A DNA stretch of 64,000 bases, taken from an uncultured bacterium (GTDB taxonomy: Bacteria > Muiribacteriota > UBA6191). The stretch covers positions 22,695 to 86,694 of the forward strand of contig CAZIKF010000001.1 of the NCBI GenBank assembly GCA_964539825.1, in the 5' to 3' direction. The notes below the pieces were generated by a model, which was not told where the DNA came from, searched no databases, and saw nothing but the letters and a program-made list of their open reading frames with translations. Position 1 is the stretch's first letter. Every line of letters starts with the position of its first letter. Of this stretch, positions 12,341-20,600 are shown in pieces. The position numbers and the translations under genes are program-made.

Positions 12341-12607
12341 TTACATCGCGTACATTAAAAGCAGTGCGATCACGAGCGAATAAATCCCCGTGGACTCAGA
12401 AACCGCTTGTCCAATGAGCATTGTCCTGGTTAGAAGGTTTGCCTGCTCTGGCTGGTGAGATATGCCTTCACAAGCCTTTCCAGCCACAAAACCCTCCCCA
12501 ATTCCAGGGCCAATAGCGCCCAGACCCATACAGAGCCCGGCACCAAGGTACTTACAGCCAGTGATAATCGCTTCAGTCATTGCTACTTCATCGCCGGTCG
12601 TTGCCAT
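12341..12607 (-). CDS. atpE: F1Fo ATP synthase c subunit (single hairpin) with Na+-type ligand set
   Basis: 88 aa: …LGAIGPGIGEGFVAGKACEGISHQPE…LRTMLIGQAVSESTGIYSLVIALLLMYAM. Helix-2 E-S-T…Y and a helix-1 Glu at the position of the Na+-coordinating Gln. Confidence 0.9.
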   Translation of the reverse strand: MATTGDEVAMTEAIITGCKYLGAGLCMGLGAIGPGIGEGFVAGKACEGISHQPEQANLLTRTMLIGQAVSESTGIYSLVIALLLMYAM

Positions 12608-12628
12608 TTCTAGCCTCCTTGAATTCTT

Positions 12629-13387
12629 CTAATTCACTGTATACAGCAGTAATAAAGCCACTACCAGGGCAAACACACACACAGACTGAGCAACAGCCTG
12701 TCCTATTAACATTGTTCTGACGAGGGTGAATCGTAATGTTGGCTTCTTTGCTGTGCCGGCACATGATGATGCCGCAGGTAAACCACACCCAATTCCTGAG
12801 CCTATCGCACCAAGTCCAATCGATAATCCTGAACCTAATAGTGCCATTAATTTAGGCAGTCCCGGATAGACTGAGTAGTCGATGCTTAACAAGAGCAGCA
12901 GTGCAACCACAAGGCCGAAAACGGCCGGATTTCCCGCCACAGCGGAGCCGAGCAGGTGAACAAACTGAACATCACCCTGGGCACTTGGATTTCTTGATAT
13001 ACCCTCGACAGCTTTACTTCCCGTCAGCCCCATTCCAATTCCGCCGCCAATTGCGCCTAGACCCATGGCCAGCCCGCAGGATAATAGCCCCGCAGCCATA
13101 AACCAGAAGTTCTCCGTGGTAACCAAATAGGGAAGCGGTACAAAGAGTAAAAGGCAGGCAACCACCAGGGCAAAAATCGAAGCGGATTCTGTGACTGCCT
13201 GAGTTATGAGCATGGTTCTTAGAATCAATACATCCTGAACGGGTTGGCGCGCCATCCCCAAAACAGCAGAAGTAGCGGACCTAAAGGTACCCAATCCGGC
13301 GCCAATGGCACCAAAACCCATGCACAGACCAGCTGCAAGAAACTTAGCCCCCATCACGATCTCATTAGCATACTCAGAGAAGATCAT
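12629..13387 (-). CDS. fused triple-hairpin c-subunit-like proteolipid (252 aa, 6 predicted TM helices); only hairpin 1 retains the helix-2 carboxylate
   Basis: Three consecutive units, each with a GxGxGxG helix, a polar loop (ARQP / SRNP / AKKP) and a second helix. Hairpin 1 has AVTESASIFALVV, hairpin 2 has AVAGNPAVFGLVV, hairpin 3 has AVAQSVCVFALVV. Located between atpB and atpE. Confidence 0.75.
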   Translation of the reverse strand: MIFSEYANEIVMGAKFLAAGLCMGFGAIGAGLGTFRSATSAVLGMARQPVQDVLILRTMLITQAVTESASIFALVVACLLLFVPLPYLVTTENFWFMAAGLLSCGLAMGLGAIGGGIGMGLTGSKAVEGISRNPSAQGDVQFVHLLGSAVAGNPAVFGLVVALLLLLSIDYSVYPGLPKLMALLGSGLSIGLGAIGSGIGCGLPAASSCAGTAKKPTLRFTLVRTMLIGQAVAQSVCVFALVVALLLLYTVN

Positions 13388-14133
13388 GCGCCCTCGGCCT
13401 CCTCAACCTGCTCTTCTTCCTCTTCAATTCCATTGGAAATATAAGCCAGGGTCAGCATCGTAAACACAAAAGCTTGAATCGTACCCACGAAGATTCCGAA
13501 AAACGCTACCAATCCGACCGGTAAAATCATGTATCCCACAAGCCAGGACACGACCACAATAATCACGGCACCACCCATAATATTTCCAAATAAACGAAAA
13601 CTGATGGAAACAATTTTTGAGAGTTCCCCAATGAGATTCAGAGGAAACATAATTATGGGAATGGGTTCCATGATCATTTCCCTGAAGTATCCAAAAATGC
13701 CCTTTGATTTCATCGCTTGATAAACTGCGATTGAAAATCCTAAAAGACCTAGTGTTAAGGGGGTATTGATATTTTGGGTAGGCTCATGGAGAAAGAAAAC
13801 ACCGCTGTAGTTGCACATGAGCAAGAACATGAAAAGGGTACTAATGAAGGAGGTGAATTTTCGCCCCAGTTCCTTTCCCAGGGATTCCTGACAAAGGGAA
13901 TCCACGAAGCCAACGAGCCATTCCACCACCAGTTGGGGCCCTGTGGGCACGAGTCTTACCCCTCTTCCGATAAGCCAGCCCCCGAGAACCAAAACAATCA
14001 TGACCACATAAGTCGTCAAAAACATGTGGAGATCCGTACTCGTAATTGTGAGCCAGGTCCGCTGAGAAAGATCCTCAATCTGTCCGGTCCCGATGGTGTA
14101 ATACCAAACTTTTCCGATATCTTCGATTCTCAT
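13384..14133 (-). CDS. atpB: F1Fo ATP synthase a subunit
   Basis: 249 aa polytopic protein with the conserved stator arginine region (…SISFRLFGNIMGGAVII…). Confidence 0.85.
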   Translation of the reverse strand: MRIEDIGKVWYYTIGTGQIEDLSQRTWLTITSTDLHMFLTTYVVMIVLVLGGWLIGRGVRLVPTGPQLVVEWLVGFVDSLCQESLGKELGRKFTSFISTLFMFLLMCNYSGVFFLHEPTQNINTPLTLGLLGFSIAVYQAMKSKGIFGYFREMIMEPIPIIMFPLNLIGELSKIVSISFRLFGNIMGGAVIIVVVSWLVGYMILPVGLVAFFGIFVGTIQAFVFTMLTLAYISNGIEEEEEQVEEAEGA

Positions 14134-14136
14134 GGA

Positions 14137-14511
14137 CTAGTGGCTCCCCTTGTTTACTGCCGTACCCGCTAACCACAACAATTGTCTACCAGCAAAGGAA
14201 AACTGGAGTGTGAAGAGACCCGCAAGTAGTGCATATGGATGAAACCTTTGAAGAGACAGGGCTAGACCGACCACAACAGCCATCAAAAGTAAACGAAAGC
14301 CAAAACCTCCAAGCATTCGTTTGCTGGACCCGGAAAGCCTGAGGGACTCGCAGTCTCGAACCATCAAATGCAGATTTCCCAGGCTAATCATTCCACCAAA
14401 AAGGAAACTAAGGTTCATGTGAGGATTTTTAAAAGTCCCAAAAAGAATTAACTGCAAAACAAAGTGGGCCCAGATTAGATCCCTTGTCATATCAGTCTTT
14501 ACGTTTTCCAT
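14137..14511 (-). CDS. atpI: AtpI-like small membrane protein of the ATP synthase operon
   Basis: 124 aa with about 4 hydrophobic segments, positioned directly upstream of atpB. Confidence 0.5.
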   Translation of the reverse strand: MENVKTDMTRDLIWAHFVLQLILFGTFKNPHMNLSFLFGGMISLGNLHLMVRDCESLRLSGSSKRMLGGFGFRLLLMAVVVGLALSLQRFHPYALLAGLFTLQFSFAGRQLLWLAGTAVNKGSH

Positions 14512-14731
14512 TCTTTTTTCGACTTCCTCGGGCTGTTATGAGTCTATATATCGAAAACCCTCCAGCCACTCCTCCCAGCAAACCAAGACAGATGGATAAG
14601 ATTGGACTGCTTCCCATCCACTGGTCCAGATAGTATCCGCTCAAAATCCCCACACCCAAGCAGGTGGCAAAGACCAGGCCAACTTGTGGTATCAGGGCCA
14701 TTAATTTTAGCGCCTGGAAAAAGTGGGTCAT
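14492..14731 (-). CDS. atpZ: AtpZ/AtpR-like small membrane protein (ATP synthase gene-1 family)
   Basis: 79 aa with two TM helices and a basic C-terminal tail (RGSRKKNGKRKD). First gene of the operon. Confidence 0.5.
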   Translation of the reverse strand: MTHFFQALKLMALIPQVGLVFATCLGVGILSGYYLDQWMGSSPILSICLGLLGGVAGGFSIYRLITARGSRKKNGKRKD

Positions 14732-14852
14732 ATAGTAACCAGCCCCTCAATTCATGTCAACTAGAACCAGTTTTTTCAAGAAAATTCAAGCAGATTTTGC
14801 CCCCGCTTCCCGAGTCGAGTAGAATGAATAATTCTCTTATCCAACAGCTAAC

Positions 14853-15893
14853 ATGAGCCAAGTAAATCTGTCTATAAAACTTCTCAAGGAAGTCTTCATC
14901 GGTATGGGAGGGGGAGACCTCATTCAGGATCAAGAAGCCCTTGCCCAGCGAGAGGTACAGGGAGCCCAGACAATGCTGCGCAGTCTTGACAGCGACCTGG
15001 ATAATTTTTGTTCCCAAATTCTTGGTGCGGGAATTCAGACAGTAGAGGAATTCAAGAACCGTTTGAGAACTTTGAATTTCGAGACCATGGAAAGAAACCG
15101 GGAAAAGCTGATTGAACAAATCCATGAGAGCGAAGGTCTGCTTAACTCCTCCAAAGCACAGCACAAGTGGATAGATTCTCTTACCCAATCAGTCTTTAGT
15201 CCAGAGAAAATTGATGGATTTTGGAAGGCCCAGGGATTTCAGCTCTACGCGAACCATGACCTTGATCTATCTGGGCTTGAGAGTTCACTCATTGACTATT
15301 TCGCAGTAAGCAGGAACAAGAAGAGGGCTTATTTTATTCTTTTGGAATTGAACCGAAACGCACCCGAATCCAATGTCTTGAAACTGTACTACTACCTAAA
15401 AAATTCACGCAGCTTGTGGAACTTCGAAAACCTTGTCATTCTCCAGATTTTCTCCCCCAAGTACCTCATCGAGAAAAAGGGGAAATCTCTGGCCTTAGCC
15501 AGGGAAATGGCCCTATTTCTTGGTCATGAATTTAGCGGGGACTATGTATTTGGAGATAAGCGAGTGAAAGTCCGCTATGAGTCCGAGGTATTCAGCCCCG
15601 GTCAATACGAAGTTTTTTCAGTTTTCTGGAATCTCATGTCAGACGAGTCAGATTCAGAATCTCGTTACGAAGTACTGTGTGAAAAGCTAGCTCAAAATTC
15701 AAAGTTCCTGGAGTTATGTAAACAATATGTCCGCAGACAGGCAGCTCAAAATCTCCAAATCGAAGAACCCTTCACCAGACTTGCCGGTTCGGAAGGCACT
15801 TCTTTGGACATACACCAGATCTTTTGCAATTGGTGCTGGGAAATTGTTGGCTTTATTCGGGATAAATTCCAGCATTATGAGGGCAGGAATTAG
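14853..15893 (+). CDS. hypothetical protein (346 aa)
   Basis: Long ORF transcribed divergently from the atp operon. No recognisable motif. Confidence 0.5.
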   Translation: MSQVNLSIKLLKEVFIGMGGGDLIQDQEALAQREVQGAQTMLRSLDSDLDNFCSQILGAGIQTVEEFKNRLRTLNFETMERNREKLIEQIHESEGLLNSSKAQHKWIDSLTQSVFSPEKIDGFWKAQGFQLYANHDLDLSGLESSLIDYFAVSRNKKRAYFILLELNRNAPESNVLKLYYYLKNSRSLWNFENLVILQIFSPKYLIEKKGKSLALAREMALFLGHEFSGDYVFGDKRVKVRYESEVFSPGQYEVFSVFWNLMSDESDSESRYEVLCEKLAQNSKFLELCKQYVRRQAAQNLQIEEPFTRLAGSEGTSLDIHQIFCNWCWEIVGFIRDKFQHYEGRN

Positions 15894-15908
15894 AAAGAAT
15901 CCGAGCGC

Positions 15909-17618
15909 TTAACGGGAGCGGAAATTGCGCTCATCCTTCAAGTTTTCCAAGATGATCTTTTTCAAGGCAGGGGATTTTTCAATTTCTTCCCTGGTTACTT
16001 GTTTTACAGTCGGCACAGGGGATGTAGCAGAAGAAGAGGAAGGCGGAGTCTCAACAGGGGGTTGTAAATCCGGCGCGAGTGTCGAAGAGACCGGCTCTTT
16101 GGGAATGACAGGAACCATGACGGTGGGTCTTTTTGATAGCGCTTCCAGGGTATTTGCCTGCCGGTCCATTAACTCTGCTATTCTGGAAAGACGATCTTCC
16201 AGTCTATGAATTCTGGCCAGATTTTTTTCGTTACTCTCCTGTAATAAACTACTGATTTCCGGTTCAAGAATTTTCTGCCTACCCCTCACCTCAGGCTCTT
16301 TGGTCATTTTATCAATGGGCATCACATACACAATTCCCGATGGAGTTTTGGTCCCTGCGCTTTGAGCCTTTTCCTGCAACATCCGTGGAATCTCAGCCAA
16401 TCCAGGCAAATCCAGCCCAGCCCTCATCGGAATGACATACACATGCTCGGCGGGGGTCTCCTGCTTATCCTGCTTTTGAATCATCGCTCCAGACTTCCCC
16501 ACTTGTGCCTTATCAGGAGTAGCAATCGACTGCTTCCTATCAGGCTCCGAGGATCCCGATCTTAATCCGTGAATCATTTCTCTTGATCTTCGTATCTCAT
16601 CGAGAATCTCCTTTTCACGACGAGCTACCTGCTCATAGTATTTTTCTTCAAACCGAATATCTGCCTCAAGATCGAGAGCATCTGAACCCTTTTCACTGAT
16701 TTTCAGTTTGGCTGTATCCAGTTGATTGCGAACCGCGTGCAATGATGCTAACTTCGCGCGAATCTGCCTCACTCTGGATCTCTTCATATGAATCGATATG
16801 AGGTAGTTAATTCTATTGTTGTTCTTATCAATCAATCCAATCCGTCGCTGAACATATTTGAAACTGAGATCCCGACTCTTTTCATGGATCTCCTTTCGAC
16901 GCTCTTCCAAGAATTCGATTTTCTTGTGAATAGACTTCATTTTAGGGTATTCCAATCTCTCGAAGTCCCTCTTTAGTACCTTCTTTTTACGCATAAGGCG
17001 ACGAATCTTTTCTTTGCGCTTTAGAATGAAGTCATCATTGTATCTTGAGGTAGGATCCTCTAAATGAAGATCAATCTCGTCATATAGTCCCTGAATTTTC
17101 GAGCCCACGGAACTTATATCCGTGACTTTGACATTTTTTTCCTTCTCAAGGTCGTCCTTAAGTTTTCTTACCTTTACATGAATGTCTCTGACCTCAGCTC
17201 TTCTCAAAGTCAAAAAGCTCTGAATCTGAGCCTCCAGATCTTTATTGTCGTCCAGTATTTCCAGAATTCCAGGAACACGTTTAATTTCATGAATAATCTC
17301 TTGTTCCTGTGCTGCTATGGCCTGCTTAATATCGGTTAGCTGGCCAACATCTCCCCCTTTTGAGATACTGGTCTTGTGTTTCCAAAAAATAGGTGCGGTA
17401 CTTCGTAATAGATCGGTAACATTCAATATTTCAGGAACTTCTTGAACTGTTGGCCGCTCTTCGTAGGACATTCCCTGGTAGGGATCATTTGCCGTGAAAT
17501 CTTTAGGATCGGGAACTTCATAGACGGTACCCTGGTTAGCGGCAGCTATGGAAAGAAAAAAACCAAGAAAAAGGGATAACGACAAGAGGAAAGTTCTTTT
17601 CCTCAATTCAGAACTCAT
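15909..17618 (-). CDS. secreted coiled-coil-rich hypothetical protein (start reassigned to the internal Met)
   Basis: An ATG at 17618 is preceded by GGAGAAGGAGAG (RBS) and gives the signal peptide MSSELRKRTFLLSLSLFLGFFLSIAAANQ. The track start at 17681 lacks an RBS. The body is Lys/Glu/Arg-rich heptad-like sequence with a C-terminal Pro/Ser-rich segment. Confidence 0.6.
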   Translation of the reverse strand: MSSELRKRTFLLSLSLFLGFFLSIAAANQGTVYEVPDPKDFTANDPYQGMSYEERPTVQEVPEILNVTDLLRSTAPIFWKHKTSISKGGDVGQLTDIKQAIAAQEQEIIHEIKRVPGILEILDDNKDLEAQIQSFLTLRRAEVRDIHVKVRKLKDDLEKEKNVKVTDISSVGSKIQGLYDEIDLHLEDPTSRYNDDFILKRKEKIRRLMRKKKVLKRDFERLEYPKMKSIHKKIEFLEERRKEIHEKSRDLSFKYVQRRIGLIDKNNNRINYLISIHMKRSRVRQIRAKLASLHAVRNQLDTAKLKISEKGSDALDLEADIRFEEKYYEQVARREKEILDEIRRSREMIHGLRSGSSEPDRKQSIATPDKAQVGKSGAMIQKQDKQETPAEHVYVIPMRAGLDLPGLAEIPRMLQEKAQSAGTKTPSGIVYVMPIDKMTKEPEVRGRQKILEPEISSLLQESNEKNLARIHRLEDRLSRIAELMDRQANTLEALSKRPTVMVPVIPKEPVSSTLAPDLQPPVETPPSSSSATSPVPTVKQVTREEIEKSPALKKIILENLKDERNFRSR

Positions 17619-17762
17619 CGCTCTCCTTCTCCATGACAAACGACACAAAACCGAAAGGTTGGCAGCCAAATCCGGTAACATTTAATCCGGGCGTTCCATC
17701 TCCTCTTAACCTGTCGGCAAGAGGGGGCAGGAATGTAATACGACCAGGAAACCGAAAAGGCA

Positions 17763-20519
17763 GTGCCCATCAAAACTCTCACGGAGTATAATGATCCCAT
17801 GACCACCGAGCCCACACTTAATCTCCAAAAAATTCAGACTCTGCTGCATTCTTCTCATATGGATGAACCCATTAAAGCTCTAAAGGAATTAGAGGCATTT
17901 CCCTTAAAAGGGGAAGTTTTGGAAACCTATATCCATATTTTAGATCATGCTCTTTGGAAAGTTCGTAAATTGGCAGCCAGGCGACTAGAACAGGAAATTG
18001 GCATTACTTTCCCGCATGTAGCCAAGTGTATTCTGGATGAAACCGCTGATCGCCGCTACTGGGCTATGCATATTCTTCCCGCCGCGGGTAAAAGAGCTCT
18101 CAAGCCTTTAATGGAAGCAGTCGAGCGCCTGGAACATCCTGAAAACCTCTTCGCATTAAAGGCTCTCTCTAAATTAAAAGAGCCTTCCAGCATCCCCTTT
18201 GCGCTTGAAAAGCTCAAAGACCCAATCTGGTCTGTCCGTAAAGAGGCTTCCGAACTTTTGTGGAATTTAGGATCCCGTTCGATTCAGCCCATGAAAAAGG
18301 CCATTCAGAGTGGAACTGACGATCAGCGATATTGGTGCTTCAAAATTTTGGGACGCATTGGTGGAACCTCTGTTCTCAAAACACTCATGGAAATTCTTGT
18401 CTCTAAGGATTATGACGATAAGGTTCGTTCCTATGCACTGAGTGGAATTCAGGAAGTTCGCGCACCTCAATCGATCCCAATCTTTATCAATACCCTGGAC
18501 TCTGATCTGTGGGTCCTCCGAGCCCAGGCATCGAAAGCATTAATGGAGGCCGGTAGAGATCCCCATCGCGAACTGGTTTTAGCCATGAAGAAAGGTTCTC
18601 GTTCCGTTCGCTACTGGGGAGCGATTGTACTCAAGGAAATAGTGGAGGAAAAGCATACCGCACTCATCGAGCAATTACTAAAAACTCCAGATCTGGATCT
18701 CAGGTTCCACGCAATCTCCATCCTGGGTAAAATCCGCTCCACCTCCGCCGTGGAATTACTCGCGGGAATCCTGACAGATTCCCAGTGGTACTTACGGAAG
18801 CATGCGACAGATGTCCTGATTTCCATGGGACCGGTTTGTGTCGCGCCCCTTGCCACAAGAATTGAAGAGGGCTCTGAAGAAAAGCTGTACTGGATATGTC
18901 AGATTCTGGGGGAGGTGGGACAGCCCACTTGTTTCCATGCTCTTGAAAAACTTGTAAGAACCGGCTCTAAGGAAGTACGTCTATATGCCCTTGAGGCCAT
19001 TGCCTGCATTGGTGGAGATCGAGCGGTTTCTCTATTAATTGAAGCATTCGATAACCAGTCCTGGGTGGTCCGCTCCAGGGCACATGAGTATTTACTTCAG
19101 ATTGGTCCCCCCGCATTTTTACAGCTATTTGAAGGCTTATTAAATCCCGTAGATTCCATGCGTTTCTGGTGTGAAACAACTATTGAGGAATCTGAATATT
19201 ATGGTGCCCGCACCTTGATGAAATTTCTTGGTTCAGGGACCGAGCGTGAATCCCAGGACATTTTAAATCAACTCTCACAGCTAACAGATTCGGTTTTGAT
19301 GGAGCTTTATCAAAACTACTCCCTGAAACCGCAGGATGTCTTGGACAAGCTGTCTATCGCTCAGTCCCTCAATACATCCGCTTTGACCCATTATTCTTCT
19401 GAAAGCGCCAGTCTCGAATTCAGTTTCTTCCAAAAATCTGAGTACCCTTATGAGCAGGTTCAGCGCTTTAAAGAAATTCTTAAAGAGTCTGCGGAATTAG
19501 GAGCAACTCAGCTTCATTTACGCATCGGAACACCTCCCATGGCGCGGGTCGACGGAGTTTTATGTAAATGCGGGTCCAGGACCCTTACTAATCAAGATAT
19601 TCAGGAATTCCTCTCCCCCTATCTAAGTTCTCCCCAGGTCCAGGAATTTCAGCGCGAAGGAACCCTTGGAGTAGACATCCCTTATCAGGAACGCGGGCGA
19701 TTTAAAGCACATATTTTCCGGCAATCCAGGGGAGTTGAGTGTGTGCTGCATTATTCGACAAATACAATTCCTGATTTCCAATCTCTAAATCTTCCCTCAG
19801 ATTTTTTAAGCCATATTGCTAAACTTCCGCAGGGATTGATCCTAATTAGCGGTCCGAACCAGTCTGGCAAGAGTACTTGCTGCATCAGCCTCTTAAGTTA
19901 CATCAACCGCAATTTTGTGAAGAATATTATGACTGTGGAAGATCGCATAGAATACCCATTGCAGAGTGCGAAATCCCTCGTGTCACAAAAGGAGATGGGT
20001 AATGATCTTCACAGTCTGAGCAGTGCTGTTGAATCTCTCTCCAGGGAGGACCCTGATGTAGCTTATCTTGCTCGGATTCCTGAATCTCGCTCCCTTGAAA
20101 CACTGCTGCAGCTTGCCTGTTCCAGAAGCCTTGTGATCGTGGAATGTAATGCGAATTCATCTCGTGAAGCAATTGAGAAGATCTTATATCTATTCCCCCC
20201 GAAACTCTTAAAGGTGTATGAGAGACTCTTCCAGTCAGCGCTCCAGGCTTCGGTACACATCCGTCTTCTCAATAACGCACAAGAATCGGGCCTGGTTCCC
20301 GGGGTTGAGTACTTTCTGAATAATTCCAAAATTTCAGAGTGCCTTTCCATTGAATCTCTTGAAAAGCTCTCACGCGTTTTAAGAAGTTCAAGACAAGAAA
20401 CCAGTGTTTCTCTCGATGATTACCTTATGGGGCTCGCTTCAGAAAAGAAAATTACCTATCAGGAAGCAGTCCGTTTCATGGAGGACAAATCACGGGTGTC
20501 TGTGGATCAGATCTGGTGA
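17763..20519 (+). CDS. HEAT-repeat (PBS-lyase-like) domain fused to a PilT/PilU-family secretion-ATPase domain with degenerate Asp-box and His-box
   Basis: The N-terminal ~520 aa hold repeated …VR..A..AL..IG……L…L.D… units. The C-terminal ~400 aa align to PilT: GATQLHLRIGTPPMARVDGVL, Walker A GLILISGPNQSGKST, TVEDRIEYPL (PilT has EDPIE), SREDPDVAYLARIPE (PilT has DPDIILVGEMRD), and VIVECNANSS (PilT His box is FGTLHT). Confidence 0.75.
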   Translation: MPIKTLTEYNDPMTTEPTLNLQKIQTLLHSSHMDEPIKALKELEAFPLKGEVLETYIHILDHALWKVRKLAARRLEQEIGITFPHVAKCILDETADRRYWAMHILPAAGKRALKPLMEAVERLEHPENLFALKALSKLKEPSSIPFALEKLKDPIWSVRKEASELLWNLGSRSIQPMKKAIQSGTDDQRYWCFKILGRIGGTSVLKTLMEILVSKDYDDKVRSYALSGIQEVRAPQSIPIFINTLDSDLWVLRAQASKALMEAGRDPHRELVLAMKKGSRSVRYWGAIVLKEIVEEKHTALIEQLLKTPDLDLRFHAISILGKIRSTSAVELLAGILTDSQWYLRKHATDVLISMGPVCVAPLATRIEEGSEEKLYWICQILGEVGQPTCFHALEKLVRTGSKEVRLYALEAIACIGGDRAVSLLIEAFDNQSWVVRSRAHEYLLQIGPPAFLQLFEGLLNPVDSMRFWCETTIEESEYYGARTLMKFLGSGTERESQDILNQLSQLTDSVLMELYQNYSLKPQDVLDKLSIAQSLNTSALTHYSSESASLEFSFFQKSEYPYEQVQRFKEILKESAELGATQLHLRIGTPPMARVDGVLCKCGSRTLTNQDIQEFLSPYLSSPQVQEFQREGTLGVDIPYQERGRFKAHIFRQSRGVECVLHYSTNTIPDFQSLNLPSDFLSHIAKLPQGLILISGPNQSGKSTCCISLLSYINRNFVKNIMTVEDRIEYPLQSAKSLVSQKEMGNDLHSLSSAVESLSREDPDVAYLARIPESRSLETLLQLACSRSLVIVECNANSSREAIEKILYLFPPKLLKVYERLFQSALQASVHIRLLNNAQESGLVPGVEYFLNNSKISECLSIESLEKLSRVLRSSRQETSVSLDDYLMGLASEKKITYQEAVRFMEDKSRVSVDQIW

Positions 20520-20600
20520 TTCTATCTATTTACCCAAACACGATTTGGCTTGTCTGGATTCCCGACCAGACCAGGAATTAGCAACCGGGTATACCGATTG

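Noticed and set aside
12588-12788. 66-aa ORF with CVCVCV, and a short (AC)5 run at about 12670-12690
   Set aside because: It lies in an alternative frame across the atpE / triple-c junction, and the CV repeat is just the ACACACACAC run. The microsatellite is too short to call a contingency locus.
13384-14731. Possibility that the operon is an N-type (N-ATPase) cluster because AtpZ/AtpI-like genes are present
   Set aside because: The gene order is the classical F-type I-Z-B-E-F'-F-H-A-G-D-C, with a delta subunit and beta/epsilon at the end. N-ATPase operons start with beta/epsilon and lack delta.
14544-14750. Alternative 68-aa ORF overlapping atpZ
   Set aside because: The other frame (14492..14731) gives a two-TM protein with a basic tail typical of the AtpZ family. 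This frame gives a non-membrane peptide.
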